A DNA stretch of 64,000 nt from Betaproteobacteria bacterium (lineage in GTDB: Bacteria; Pseudomonadota; Gammaproteobacteria; Burkholderiales; SG8-39), in the NCBI GenBank assembly GCA_029883975.1, contig JAOUIL010000003.1, positions 23,164 to 87,163 on the forward strand, in the 5' to 3' direction. The notes under the pieces are model-generated. The model did not search any database. It was not told the origin of the DNA and saw only the letters and a list, made by a program, of their open reading frames with translations. The position numbers and the translations under genes are program-made. This document shows, one piece after another, positions 26,863-36,827 of this stretch. Each line of letters opens with the position of its first letter. The stretch's first letter is position 1.

Positions 26863-28869
26863 ATGGTCTCGGTCGTGCAGTTGCATCCGCAGGGCGCCGC
26901 CGCCGCGCTCGAGGCCCTCGCGGAAGGCCTCGGCGGCGAGGAGCGCGCGCTCGTCGGCCGCGCTCTCGAGTTCGCCGAATCCCTGTACGCGGGCCACGAG
27001 CTGTCCACCGGCGAGCCGGTGTGGCCGCACGCGCTCGGCCTGGGCGCCAGCCTTGCCGGGATCGGCGTCGACCCGGCGGCGCGCGCGGCCGGCGTGCTGT
27101 TCGCGGCGCCCAAGTACCTCGCGCACGGCGACGCGCTCGCCGCGCGCTTGGGCGCCGAGGTCGCCGGCCTGGCTGCCGGCGTGGAGAAGCTCTACCAGCT
27201 GCGCGTGCTGACGCGCGCTACCGCCGCGCAGCAGACTGAAATCCTGCGCAAGATGGTGCTCGGCATGGTGGAGGACGTGCGCGTGGTGCTCATCCGCCTG
27301 GCGAGCCGCACGCAGACGCTGCGCTGGTTCGCCAAGCGCGCCTCGCCCGAGCGCGAGGCCTACGCGCGCGAGACGCTCGACATCTACGCGCCGCTCGCCA
27401 ACCGCCTGGGCGTCTGGCAGCTGAAGTGGGAGCTGGAGGACCTGTCATTCCGCTTCCTCGAGCCCGAGGTCTACAAGCGCATCGCCAGGATGCTCGACGA
27501 GCGCCGGCAGGAGCGCGAGCACTACATCGCCGAGGCGATCGCCGCGCTGCGGCGCGAGCTGGCCGCCGCGGGCGTGCCCGGCGAGGTGAGCGGCCGTCCC
27601 AAGCACATCTACTCCATCTGCAACAAGATGCGCCTGAAGGGCCTGGGCTTCGAGCAGCTGCACGACATCCGCGCGCTGCGCGTCATCGTGCCCGAGGTCA
27701 AGGACTGCTACGCCGCGCTCGGCGTGGCGCACAACCTCTGGCGCCCGATCGAGCGCGAGTTCGACGACTACATCTCGCGGCCGAAGGACAACCTGTACCA
27801 GTCGCTGCACACCGCGGTGCTCGGGCCGGGCGGCAAGACGCTGGAGGTGCAGATCCGCACCGAGGGGATGCACCGCCACGCGGAGCTCGGCGTCGCCGCG
27901 CACTGGCGCTACAAGGAAGCGGGGCGCGCGACGCGCGCCGACACCGCGTTCGACGACAAGGTAGCCTGGCTGCGGCAGCTGCTCGCCTGGCGCGACGAGG
28001 TGGCCGACCGCGGCACGCGCGCCGAGGCGGCGCGGCGCGCCTCCTTCGACGACACCATCTACGCAGTGACGCCGCAGGGCAAGGTCGTGGACCTGCCCGC
28101 GGGCGCCACGCCGGTCGATTTCGCCTATGCGCTGCACACCGATCTCGGCCACCGCTGCCGCGGCGCCAAGGTGGACGGGCGCATCGTGCCGCTCGACACG
28201 CCGTTGAAGAGCGGCCAGCGCGTCGAGATCACGGTGGCGAAGACGGGCGGGCCGTCGCGCGACTGGCTCAATCCCGAGCGCGGATTCCTCAAGTCGAGCC
28301 GCGCGCGCGCCAAGGTGCGGCACTGGTTCAACCTGCAGGAGGGCGGGCGCGAGCCGGCGCCGGCGCCGCGGCCCAGGCTCGTGCCGGCCCCGGCGCCCGC
28401 GGCGCCGAAGAAGCGCAAGACAGGCGCCGGCGGCCGCGGCGTGCTGGTGGTGGGCATGGACCGGCTGCTCACGCAGATGGCCAAGTGCTGCAAGCCGGTG
28501 CCGCCCGACCCGATCCGCGGCTTCGTCACGCGCGGGCGCGGCGTGTCCATCCACCGCGCCGACTGCCCGAGCCTGGCGCGCCTGGCGCAGGCCGATGCCG
28601 CGCGCGTGCTGGAGGCGCAATGGGGCGAGGGCGTGGGCGCCTACGGCGTGGACCTGGTGGTGACGGCGAGCGACCGGCCGGGGCTGCTGCGCGACGTGGG
28701 GGATGCGCTCGCGCGCGAGCACATCAACGTCACCGCGGTGCGCACGCAGAGCCGCGAGGACCTGGCCTTCATGCGCTTTGCCTTCGAGGTGACCGACCTC
28801 TCGCAACTGCGGCGCGCGATCGGCGCGGTGCGCGAGGTGCACGGCGTCATCCGCGTGGCGCGGGGCTGA
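26863..28869 (+). CDS. relA: (p)ppGpp synthetase RelA (HD domain degenerate)
   Basis: APLANRLGVWQLKWELED, GRPKHIYSI, EFDDYI..PK.N.YQSLHT, EVQIRT; TGS, CC zinc-finger and ACT regions; HD replaced by FA. Confidence 0.92.
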   Translation: MVSVVQLHPQGAAAALEALAEGLGGEERALVGRALEFAESLYAGHELSTGEPVWPHALGLGASLAGIGVDPAARAAGVLFAAPKYLAHGDALAARLGAEVAGLAAGVEKLYQLRVLTRATAAQQTEILRKMVLGMVEDVRVVLIRLASRTQTLRWFAKRASPEREAYARETLDIYAPLANRLGVWQLKWELEDLSFRFLEPEVYKRIARMLDERRQEREHYIAEAIAALRRELAAAGVPGEVSGRPKHIYSICNKMRLKGLGFEQLHDIRALRVIVPEVKDCYAALGVAHNLWRPIEREFDDYISRPKDNLYQSLHTAVLGPGGKTLEVQIRTEGMHRHAELGVAAHWRYKEAGRATRADTAFDDKVAWLRQLLAWRDEVADRGTRAEAARRASFDDTIYAVTPQGKVVDLPAGATPVDFAYALHTDLGHRCRGAKVDGRIVPLDTPLKSGQRVEITVAKTGGPSRDWLNPERGFLKSSRARAKVRHWFNLQEGGREPAPAPRPRLVPAPAPAAPKKRKTGAGGRGVLVVGMDRLLTQMAKCCKPVPPDPIRGFVTRGRGVSIHRADCPSLARLAQADAARVLEAQWGEGVGAYGVDLVVTASDRPGLLRDVGDALAREHINVTAVRTQSREDLAFMRFAFEVTDLSQLRRAIGAVREVHGVIRVARG

Positions 28870-28897
28870 CGCGGAAAGGTTGCTCGCCGCCTCGGGG

Positions 28898-29275
28898 CTA
28901 GAGTCGGGGCGCGAGCACGAGCAGCCACGCGGCGGTCGCAGCGGCCAGCGCGAGCATGACCGCCGCGCTGCCGTAATCCTTGGCGCGCATGGACAGCTCA
29001 TGGTGCTCGTGCGAGACGCGATCCACCACGGCTTCGACTGCCGAATTCAGCAGCTCGACGATCAGCACCATCACGATGCTGCCCGCGAGAAGCACCTGCT
29101 CGATGCTGTCCTCGCCGAGCCACAAACCGACGGGCACGAGGATGAACGCCGCCAATACTTCGAGCCTGAATGCTTCCTCGTGCCGGAAGGCGGCAGCCAA
29201 GCCTTGCGCAGAGTATCGGGTCGCGGCCATCAGGCGCCGCACCCCAGTGGCGCGTTTTGGCGGCGAAGCCGTCAA
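28898..29275 (-). CDS. dgkA: Diacylglycerol kinase
   Basis: YSAQGL.AAFRHEEAFRLE, VELLNSAVEAVVDR, AKDYGSAAV. TTG start overlaps the ppk1 stop. Confidence 0.92.
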   Translation of the reverse strand: MTASPPKRATGVRRLMAATRYSAQGLAAAFRHEEAFRLEVLAAFILVPVGLWLGEDSIEQVLLAGSIVMVLIVELLNSAVEAVVDRVSHEHHELSMRAKDYGSAAVMLALAAATAAWLLVLAPRL

Positions 29276-31353
29276 GAAGGCGTCCCCAGCGTGAACAACA
29301 GCTCCTCCTGCGCCGACCTCGGCCGCCCGCGCCGCGGCCGCAGGCGCGTGTAGACGCCGTCCGCGTCCATGGTCCAGGCCTGGCAGTTGTCGTCGAGATA
29401 GGCCTGCAGGCCCTCGCGGATCACGCGCCGCTTGAGCGCCGGGTCGAGCACCGGGAAGCACAGCTCGATGCGGCGGAAGAAGTTGCGGCCCATCCAGTCG
29501 GCGCTCGCCAGGTAGACGTCCTCGGCGCCGCCGGCGAGGAAGAAGAACACGCGCGTATGCTCGAGGAAGCGGCCGATGATCGAGCGCACGCGGATGTTCT
29601 CGGACAATCCGGCGATGCCCGGGCGCAGCGCGCAAACGCCGCGCACGATCAGGTCGACCTTCACGCCGGCCTGCGAGGCGAGGTACAGCTCGTCGATCAC
29701 CTGCGGGTCGAGCAGCGCGTTCATCTTGGCGATGATGCGCGCCGCCCGTCCCTCGCGCGCGTTGCGCGCCTCGGCGCGGATGGCCTCGACGATGCGCTTG
29801 TGCAGCGTGAACGGCGACTGCCAGACGTGCCGCAGCTTGCCCGCGCGCCCGAGGCCGGTGAGCTGCTTGAAGACCTCGGCGACGTCGGCGCACAGCTCCT
29901 CGTTGGCCGTCAGCAGGCCGAAGTCGGTGTAGAAGCGCGCGGTGCGCGGATGATAGTTGCCGGTCGCGACGTGCGCGTAGCGGCGCAGCACCTTGCCGCT
30001 TTCCGTGTCTTCGCGGCGCACGATCAGCGCCATCTTGGCGTGCGTCTTGTGCCCGACCACGCCGTAGACGACGTGCGCGCCCACTTCTTCCAGGCGCGCC
30101 GCCCAGTTGAGGTTGGCTTCCTCGTCGAAGCGCGCCATCAGCTCCACCACGACGGTCACCTCCTTGCCGCGGCGCGCGGCGTCGATCAGGATCTCCATCA
30201 GCTCCGAGTCGGTGCCGGTGCGGTAGACGGTCTGCTTGATGGCGATGACGTCCGCATCGAGCGCCGTGGTGCGGATGAAGTCGATGACCGGCGCGAAGGA
30301 CTGGAAGGGGTGGTGCAGCAGCACATCCTGCTTCTTCAGCACGTCGAACAGGTCGCTGCGCGCCTCGAGCGGCGCGGGCAGCCCGGGCTGGAACAGCGGG
30401 TACTTGAGGTCCGGGCGCTCGACCTGCTCGGGCACCTCGCGCAGGCGGTACAGGTTCACCGGGCCTTCGACGCGGTAGAGATCGGCCTCCGTGAGCCCGA
30501 ACTGCTGCAGCAGGAACTCGATCATCGCCGGCGAGCAGTTGTCGGCCACCTCCAGGCGCACCGCATTGCCGAAATGCCGGTGCAGCAGCTCGCCCTTGAG
30601 CGCGGTGTGCAGGTTCTTGATCTCCTCCTCGTCCACGAACAGGTCGGAGTTGCGCGTGACGCGGAACTGGTAGCAGCCGAGCACCTTCATGCCGGCGAAC
30701 AGCTCCTCGAGGTGCGCGTGCAGGATCGAGGACAGGAAGACGAAGGCGAACTGCGCGCCGGCGATCTCGCGCGGCAGGCGGATGACGCGCGGCAGCGCGC
30801 GCGGCGCCTGCACGATGGCGGCGCGCGAGCTGCGCCCGAACGCGTCGCGCCCGACCAGCTCGACGACGAGGTTCAGGCTCTTGTTGAGCACCTTGGGGAA
30901 CGGGTGCGCCGGGTCGAGGCCGATGGGCGTCAGCACCGGCAGCAGCTCGCGGAAGAAGTAGTCGCGGATCCACTGGCGCTGCGCCGGCGACCATTCCTCG
31001 CGCCGCGGGAAGACCACGCCGGCCTCGGCGAGCGCGGGCAGCAGCACCGTGTTCAGCAGCCGGTACTGGTCGGCGACCAGCGCGTGCGACTCGCGCCCGA
31101 CGGCGTCGAGCACCTCGACCGGGCCCTTGCCGTCCGGCCCGGGCTCGGGCAGGTTCAGCTCGATCTGCTCCTTCAGGCCGGCGACGCGGATCTCGAAGAA
31201 CTCGTCCAGGTTGGACGAGACGATGGTGAGGAAGCGCAGCCGCTCGAGCAGCGGCACCGATTCGTCGGCGGCCTGCGCCAGCACGCGCCGGTTGAACGCC
31301 AGGATGCCGAGCTCCCGGTTCAGGAAATGCGCGGTGGGCAGGTCTCTCTTCAT
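29272..31353 (-). CDS. ppk1: Polyphosphate kinase 1
   Basis: NREL..LAFNRRVL, SSNLDEFFEIRVAGL, LLHHPFQSF, ELMARFDEEAN, KTHAK, GRFLEH.R. Confidence 0.97.
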   Translation of the reverse strand: MKRDLPTAHFLNRELGILAFNRRVLAQAADESVPLLERLRFLTIVSSNLDEFFEIRVAGLKEQIELNLPEPGPDGKGPVEVLDAVGRESHALVADQYRLLNTVLLPALAEAGVVFPRREEWSPAQRQWIRDYFFRELLPVLTPIGLDPAHPFPKVLNKSLNLVVELVGRDAFGRSSRAAIVQAPRALPRVIRLPREIAGAQFAFVFLSSILHAHLEELFAGMKVLGCYQFRVTRNSDLFVDEEEIKNLHTALKGELLHRHFGNAVRLEVADNCSPAMIEFLLQQFGLTEADLYRVEGPVNLYRLREVPEQVERPDLKYPLFQPGLPAPLEARSDLFDVLKKQDVLLHHPFQSFAPVIDFIRTTALDADVIAIKQTVYRTGTDSELMEILIDAARRGKEVTVVVELMARFDEEANLNWAARLEEVGAHVVYGVVGHKTHAKMALIVRREDTESGKVLRRYAHVATGNYHPRTARFYTDFGLLTANEELCADVAEVFKQLTGLGRAGKLRHVWQSPFTLHKRIVEAIRAEARNAREGRAARIIAKMNALLDPQVIDELYLASQAGVKVDLIVRGVCALRPGIAGLSENIRVRSIIGRFLEHTRVFFFLAGGAEDVYLASADWMGRNFFRRIELCFPVLDPALKRRVIREGLQAYLDDNCQAWTMDADGVYTRLRPRRGRPRSAQEELLFTLGTPS

Positions 31354-31389
31354 GGCGGTCGGCCGCGGCGGCGCGGCCCGGGGCCACGA

Positions 31390-31423
31390 ATTCTACGCTT
31401 GCCCTGTGACGCCAGGATGACGG
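31390..31423 (-). promoter_or_regulatory. Putative PHO box and -10 element upstream of ppk1
   Basis: Minus strand CCGTCAT-CCTG-GCGTCAC (11-bp period), then 10 nt, then TAGAAT. Confidence 0.6.
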
Positions 31424-31475
31424 CGCGGTGGCGCCACGAGCAAGAAAGGCCCGGCCGGGCTATCCTGCGGCCCGC

Positions 31476-32993
31476 ATGGCGCGCCAGGAAACACTCGCGG
31501 CAGTAGACCTCGGCTCCAACAGCTTCCACCTGCAGATCGGCCGGGTGGTCGACGGCCAGATCTACCCGCTGGACAGCCTGCGCGAGGTGGTGCGCATCGG
31601 CGCCGGGCTGACGGCCGACAAGCGCATCGACCGCGCGACCCAGGCGGGTGCCCTGGAGGTGCTGCGCCGCTTCGGCGAGCGGCTACGCGGCTTCCCGCGG
31701 CAATCGGTGCGCGCGGTGGGCACCAATACGCTGCGCGTGGCGAAGAACGCGCCGCAGTTCCTGCGCGAGGCGCGCCAGGAGCTCGGCTTCCCCATCGAGG
31801 TGATCGCCGGTCGCGAGGAGGCGCGCCTCATCTACCTCGGCGTTGCCCATTCGATGCCCCCGGCGCAGCACAAGCGCCTGGTGATCGACGTCGGCGGCGG
31901 TTCTACCGAGTTCGTCATCGGCGCCGGCTTCGAGCCGCAGCTCACCGAGTCGCTGTACATGGGCTGCGTGAGCTACAGCCTGAAGTACTTCCCGGAGGGG
32001 CGCATCGACAAGTCGCGCTTCAAGGCCGCGGAGCTCGCCGCGCGCCAGGAGCTCGCCGGCATCGCGCTTGCCTATCGCGGGCTCGGCTGGCAGGAAGCGG
32101 TCGGCTCCTCGGGCACGGCGCGCTCGATCGAGACCATCCTGCGCGAGAACGGCTTCACGGCGCAGGGCATCACGCGCGAGGGCGTCGAGCGCCTGCGCGG
32201 CCTGCTGGTCAAGCACGAGCGCGCCGACCCCGATCGCATCGCCGGGCTGCGCGCCAATCGCGCCCCGGTGCTGCCCGGCGGGCTTGCCATCCTGAGTGCG
32301 GTGCTGGACGAGCTGGGCGTCGAGGAAATGGCGGTGTCCGACGGCGCCCTGCGCCACGGGGTGCTGTACGACCTGCTGGGCCGCGTGCAGCATCGCGACA
32401 TGCGCGCCGCGACCGTGGCGCAATTCGGCCGTCGCTACCACGTGGACGCCCCGCAGGCCGAACGCGTGCGGCGCCTCGCGCTCGCCATCTACGACGCGCT
32501 CTTTCCGGGCCGCGAGCGCGAGGACGATGCCGACCGGCAGCTGCTGGAATGGGCCGCGCAGCTGGCGGAGGTCGGGCTGTCGATCGAGCACGCGCAATAC
32601 CACAAGCATTCGGCGTACGTGCTGCAGAACGCCGACATGCCGGGCTTCTCGCGCATGGAGCAGCAGCGCCTCGCGCGCGTCGTGCTCGCGCACCGCGGAA
32701 AGCTGCGCAAGATGCAGGATGCCGGACTGGAAGGCGCCGACTGGCCGCTCGTGTTCGCGCTGCGGCTAGCGTCGCTCATCCTGCGCCGGCGCAGCGACGT
32801 CAAGCTGCCGCTGCTGCGCGTCGCAGGCGACCAGGGCGGCTTCGAGATCGAGCTGGCGCAGTCCTGGCTCGACGACAACCCGCTGTCCGCCGCGGCCCTG
32901 GAGGACGAGGCCGGCCACTGGAAGTCGGTGGGCATGAAACTCACCGTCAGCGGCCTTTCGGACAAGAAGGTGTCGGTGCTGGCGCGCGGCTAG
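31476..32993 (+). CDS. ppx: Exopolyphosphatase Ppx
   Basis: AAVDLGSNSFH, GREEARLIYLGV, DVGGGSTE, GCVS; C-terminal HD-like domain. Confidence 0.95.
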   Translation: MARQETLAAVDLGSNSFHLQIGRVVDGQIYPLDSLREVVRIGAGLTADKRIDRATQAGALEVLRRFGERLRGFPRQSVRAVGTNTLRVAKNAPQFLREARQELGFPIEVIAGREEARLIYLGVAHSMPPAQHKRLVIDVGGGSTEFVIGAGFEPQLTESLYMGCVSYSLKYFPEGRIDKSRFKAAELAARQELAGIALAYRGLGWQEAVGSSGTARSIETILRENGFTAQGITREGVERLRGLLVKHERADPDRIAGLRANRAPVLPGGLAILSAVLDELGVEEMAVSDGALRHGVLYDLLGRVQHRDMRAATVAQFGRRYHVDAPQAERVRRLALAIYDALFPGREREDDADRQLLEWAAQLAEVGLSIEHAQYHKHSAYVLQNADMPGFSRMEQQRLARVVLAHRGKLRKMQDAGLEGADWPLVFALRLASLILRRRSDVKLPLLRVAGDQGGFEIELAQSWLDDNPLSAAALEDEAGHWKSVGMKLTVSGLSDKKVSVLARG

Positions 32994-33442
32994 AGCAGGT
33001 CCGGCGCGGCGACGGCGCGCACCACCACCTGCGCCTCGTCGTCGCGCACGCGTTTGGTGACCCACCACAGCCCGCCCTTCTTCACGGTCCAGGGCGCCTC
33101 CGCGCCGGAGACCAGGAAGGCCGCGGCGCGCCCGAGGTCCGGCTGGTGGCCGACTACCACCACGGCGTTGCGCCGCTGCGGCCATTCGGCCGCCGTGAGA
33201 ATGTCGCGCACGCGCGCGCCGGGGGCGAGCTCGGGCAGCGTCCGGCACGGCACGCCCAGCGCCCGCGCGGTTTCCTGGGCGCGCCGCGCCGGGCTGGCCA
33301 GCACGAGGAACTTCGCCGGCAGGCGCTGCAGCAGCCAGGCGGCCATGCGCTCGGCATGCTTGCGGCCCTTGGGCGTGAGTCGCCGCTCGAGGTCGGGACC
33401 GCCGTCCTCGGCTTCGGCGTGTCGCCAGAGAATCAGGTCCAT
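32990..33442 (-). CDS. sixA: Phosphohistidine phosphatase SixA-like
   Basis: LWRHAEAE, R.LT.KG, SPARRAQET, VGHQPDLG. Confidence 0.85.
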   Translation of the reverse strand: MDLILWRHAEAEDGGPDLERRLTPKGRKHAERMAAWLLQRLPAKFLVLASPARRAQETARALGVPCRTLPELAPGARVRDILTAAEWPQRRNAVVVVGHQPDLGRAAAFLVSGAEAPWTVKKGGLWWVTKRVRDDEAQVVVRAVAAPDLL

Positions 33443-33521
33443 GACTGATGGTCGATGCTTTCCCGGGCGATATTGTTCCGCCCAGATGACGCTTCAGTTA
33501 AAATCCGCTCCTCGTTCCATC

Positions 33522-33598
33522 AGGCGCGTAGCTCAGCTGGTTAGAGCACTACCTTGACATGGTAGGGGTCGTTGGTTCGAGTCCAATCGCGCCTACCA
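33522..33598 (+). tRNA. tRNA-Val (GAC)
   Basis: Cloverleaf with anticodon arm CTACC-TTGACAT-GGTAG, TTCGAGT T-loop, CCA end. Confidence 0.97.
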
Positions 33599-33603
33599 TT
33601 ACT

Positions 33604-35505
33604 TTGCCGAACATCACGCTTCCCGACGGCTCGGTGAGATCCTACCCGGGCCCGGTTTCCGTCGCCGAGGTGGCGCAGTCCATCGGCGCCGGCCTCGCGC
33701 GCGCGGCCCTCGCGGGCAAGGTCGACGGCCGGCTGGTCGACACCGACCATCGCATCACGAGCGACGCGCGGCTCGCCATCGTCACCGACAAGGACCCGGA
33801 GGGTCTCGAGATCCTCCGCCATTCGACCGCGCACCTGCTGGCGCACGCCGTGAAGGAGCTTTTTCCCGAGGCGCAGGTCACCATCGGGCCGGTCATCGAG
33901 AACGGCTTCTATTACGACTTCTCCTACAAGCGCCCGTTCACGCCCGAGGACCTCGCGGGGATCGAGAAGCGCATGGCCGAGATCGCCAAGCGCGACCTGG
34001 CCGTGCACCGGCGCGAGTTGCCGCGCGACGAGGCGGTGAAGTTCTTCCGCGACCAGGGCGAGGTCTACAAGGCGGAGATCATCGCCTCGATCCCGGAGAA
34101 GGAGACCATCTCGCTCTATGGCCAGGGCGACTGGGTGGACTTGTGCCGCGGCCCGCACGTCCCCTCCACCGGCAAGCTCAAGGTGTTCAAGCTGATGCGC
34201 GTCGCCGGCGCCTACTGGCGCGGCGACTCGAAGAACGAGATGCTGCAGCGTATCTACGGCACGGCCTGGGCGAAGAAGGAGGATCAGGACGCCTACCTGA
34301 AGATGCTGGAGGAAGCCGAGAAGCGCGACCACCGGCGCCTGGGGACGCAGCTCGATCTCTACCACATGCAGGACGAGGCCCCCGGAATGGTGTTCTGGCA
34401 TGCCAAGGGCTGGACGCTGTGGCAGCAGGTGGAGCAGTACATGCGGCGCGTGTACCGAGACAACGGCTACCGGGAGGTGCGCGGGCCGCAGATCCTCGAC
34501 AAGAGCATCTGGGAAAAGACCGGCCACTGGGAGAACTACCGTGAGCACATGTTCACCACGGCCTCCGAGAACCGCGACTACGCGGTGAAACCGATGAACT
34601 GCCCGGGCCACATCCAGATCTACAACAAGGGCGTGCGCAGCTATCGCGACCTGCCGTACCGGCTGGGCGAGTTCGGCGCCTGCCACCGCAACGAGCCCTC
34701 GGGCGCGCTGCACGGCCTGATGCGCGTGCGCGGCTTCACGCAGGACGACGGCCACGTCTTCTGCACCGAGGACCAGGTGCTCGAGGAATGCGTCACGTAC
34801 ACCGCGCTGCTGCAGGAGGTCTATGCGCGATTCGGCTTCACCGACATCATCTACAAGGTGGCGACGCGGCCCGCGAAGCGCATCGGCGACGACGCGGCCT
34901 GGGACAGGGCCGAGCGCGCGCTGATCGAGTCGCTGCAGCGCTCGGACGTGAAGTTCGAGATCTCCCCGGGCGAGGGCGCCTTCTACGGGCCGAAGATCGA
35001 GTATTCCCTCAAGGACGCGATCGGCCGCGTCTGGCAGTGCGGCACGATGCAGGTGGATTTCTTCATGCCGGCGCGCCTGGGCGCGGAGTACGTGGGCGAG
35101 GACAACGCGCGCCACGTCCCGGTGATGCTCCACCGCGCCATCATCGGCTCGCTCGAGCGCTTCCTCGGCATCCTGATCGAGCATTTCGCGGGGGCCTTCC
35201 CGCCGTGGCTTGCGCCCGAGCAGGTGGTGGTCATGAACATCTCCGAGCACCAGGCGGATTACGCCAAAGCGGTGGCGCAGCGGCTGCGCGAAGCGGGTTT
35301 TCGCGCCGTCGAAGATTTGCGAAACGAGAAAATTTCTTATAAGATTCGCGAACATAGCTTGCAGAAGCTCCCCTACCAGCTGGTGGTGGGAGACAAGGAA
35401 AAGCAGGCTGGAACGGTGGCCGTGCGCACGCGCGGCGGTGAAGATCTCGGCGCCATGGCGCTGGATGCCTTCATCGCACGCCTCCGCAACGAGGCGAGCG
35501 CGTAA
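33604..35505 (+). CDS. thrS: Threonine--tRNA ligase
   Basis: [39 protein letters not shown] start 5 nt after the tRNA. Confidence 0.97.
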   Translation: MPNITLPDGSVRSYPGPVSVAEVAQSIGAGLARAALAGKVDGRLVDTDHRITSDARLAIVTDKDPEGLEILRHSTAHLLAHAVKELFPEAQVTIGPVIENGFYYDFSYKRPFTPEDLAGIEKRMAEIAKRDLAVHRRELPRDEAVKFFRDQGEVYKAEIIASIPEKETISLYGQGDWVDLCRGPHVPSTGKLKVFKLMRVAGAYWRGDSKNEMLQRIYGTAWAKKEDQDAYLKMLEEAEKRDHRRLGTQLDLYHMQDEAPGMVFWHAKGWTLWQQVEQYMRRVYRDNGYREVRGPQILDKSIWEKTGHWENYREHMFTTASENRDYAVKPMNCPGHIQIYNKGVRSYRDLPYRLGEFGACHRNEPSGALHGLMRVRGFTQDDGHVFCTEDQVLEECVTYTALLQEVYARFGFTDIIYKVATRPAKRIGDDAAWDRAERALIESLQRSDVKFEISPGEGAFYGPKIEYSLKDAIGRVWQCGTMQVDFFMPARLGAEYVGEDNARHVPVMLHRAIIGSLERFLGILIEHFAGAFPPWLAPEQVVVMNISEHQADYAKAVAQRLREAGFRAVEDLRNEKISYKIREHSLQKLPYQLVVGDKEKQAGTVAVRTRGGEDLGAMALDAFIARLRNEASA

Positions 35506-35548
35506 GCAGCACGGCCGGTTTTTTTGACGAGCAGAGGAGCTGTCACCC

Positions 35549-36142
35549 ATCGCACTCGAGAGATCGCAGCGCATCAACGGAGAGATCAACGCACCGCAGG
35601 TGCGGCTGGTCGGTGAGCAGGGGGAGCAGCTCGGCATCGTGGCTGTGGCCGAGGCCCTGCGCATGGCGGAAGAGAAGAACGTGGACCTGGTGGAGATCGC
35701 GCCCATGGCGCAGCCGCCGGTCTGCAAGCTGATGGACTACGGCAAGTTCCGCTACCGCGAGCAGAAGAAGGCGCACGAGGCGAAGCTCAAGCAGAAGCAG
35801 ATCCAGGTCAAGGAGATCAAGTTCCGCCCCGGAACCGACGAGGGCGACTACAAGATCAAGCTCAACAAGCTGATCCAGTTCCTGGAGGATGGCGACAAGG
35901 CGAAGGTGACGTTGCGGTTCCGCGGGCGGGAGATGGCGCATCAGGAATTCGGCGTGCGCCTGCTCGAGCGGGTGAAGGCCGATTTGGAGCCGGTCGGGAT
36001 CGTCGAGCAGTTTCCGAAGCTCGAAGGCCGGCAGATGGTGATGGTGCTGGCGCCCAAGAAGAAGGGCCTGCCGCCCAAGGCGAAGCCGAAGGAAGCGAAG
36101 CAGAAGAAGGAAGCGAGTCCGAAACCCGCCGCAGCGACCTAG
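35549..36142 (+). CDS. infC: Translation initiation factor IF-3, non-canonical ATC start
   Basis: RINGEI.A.QVRLV, DYGKFRY, KEIKFRP, FRGRE. GAGGAG SD 9 nt before an in-frame ATC. Confidence 0.95.
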   Translation: MALERSQRINGEINAPQVRLVGEQGEQLGIVAVAEALRMAEEKNVDLVEIAPMAQPPVCKLMDYGKFRYREQKKAHEAKLKQKQIQVKEIKFRPGTDEGDYKIKLNKLIQFLEDGDKAKVTLRFRGREMAHQEFGVRLLERVKADLEPVGIVEQFPKLEGRQMVMVLAPKKKGLPPKAKPKEAKQKKEASPKPAAAT

Positions 36143-36234
36143 CGGTCGTCGCGGCTACACAAGTGATGTCCGCGGCTTCAAGCGCCCGCCCGGCGGGCCG
36201 CCCGGCGTCAGGCTAAAAGAGAAGGAGCAGTACC

Positions 36235-36435
36235 GTGCCCAAGGTGAAGTCGAAGAAGTCCGCCGCCAAGCGCTTCAAGATCCGCTCGTCCGGCAGCATC
36301 AAGCGCTCGCAGGCCTACATGCGCCACATCCTCACCAAGAAGTCCACGAAGCGGAAGCGCCATCTGCGCGGCACCACCGAGGTGCACGCCAGCAACAAGC
36401 GGGCAGTGCGCGCCATGCTGCCCTACGCTTCGTAA
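36235..36435 (+). CDS. rpmI: 50S ribosomal protein L35
   Basis: [15 protein letters not shown]...[15 protein letters not shown]. Confidence 0.96.
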   Translation: MPKVKSKKSAAKRFKIRSSGSIKRSQAYMRHILTKKSTKRKRHLRGTTEVHASNKRAVRAMLPYAS

Positions 36436-36445
36436 GGAGCGCGCC

Positions 36446-36805
36446 ATGCCAAGAGTCAAGCGTGGGGTGACGGCGCGCGCGCGCCACAAGAAGGTCCTGA
36501 AGCAGGCCAAGGGCTTCCGCGGCCGCCGCGGCAACGTCTACCGCGTCGCCAAGCAGGCGGTGATGAAAGCGGGGCAGTACGCCTACCGCGACCGGCGCAA
36601 CCGCAAGCGCACCTTCCGCGCGCTGTGGATCGCGCGCATCAACGCCGCCGTGCGCGAGCTCGGCATGAGCTACTCGGCGTTCATGGCCGGCCTGAAGCGC
36701 GCCAACATCGAGATCGACCGCAAGGTGCTCGCCGACCTGGCGGTGGCCGACAAGCCGGCCTTCGCCAAGATCGCCGGCCAGGTGAAGGCCAGCCTCGCTC
36801 ACTGA
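36446..36805 (+). CDS. rplT: 50S ribosomal protein L20
   Basis: [16 protein letters not shown]...[12 protein letters not shown]...DRKVLADLA. Confidence 0.97.
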   Translation: MPRVKRGVTARARHKKVLKQAKGFRGRRGNVYRVAKQAVMKAGQYAYRDRRNRKRTFRALWIARINAAVRELGMSYSAFMAGLKRANIEIDRKVLADLAVADKPAFAKIAGQVKASLAH

Positions 36806-36827
36806 CCCCGTCGCGGACGCCGCGGGG

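Noticed and set aside
33559-33603. N-terminal extension of ThrS ([15 protein letters not shown])
   Set aside because: It is the translation of the tRNA-Val gene; homology starts at [10 protein letters not shown].
35506-35526. Terminator between thrS and infC
   Set aside because: A T7 run is present but I could not find a convincing stem.
36143-36234. L20-binding leader upstream of rpmI
   Set aside because: The position is plausible, but I cannot support a specific structure without a covariance-model search.
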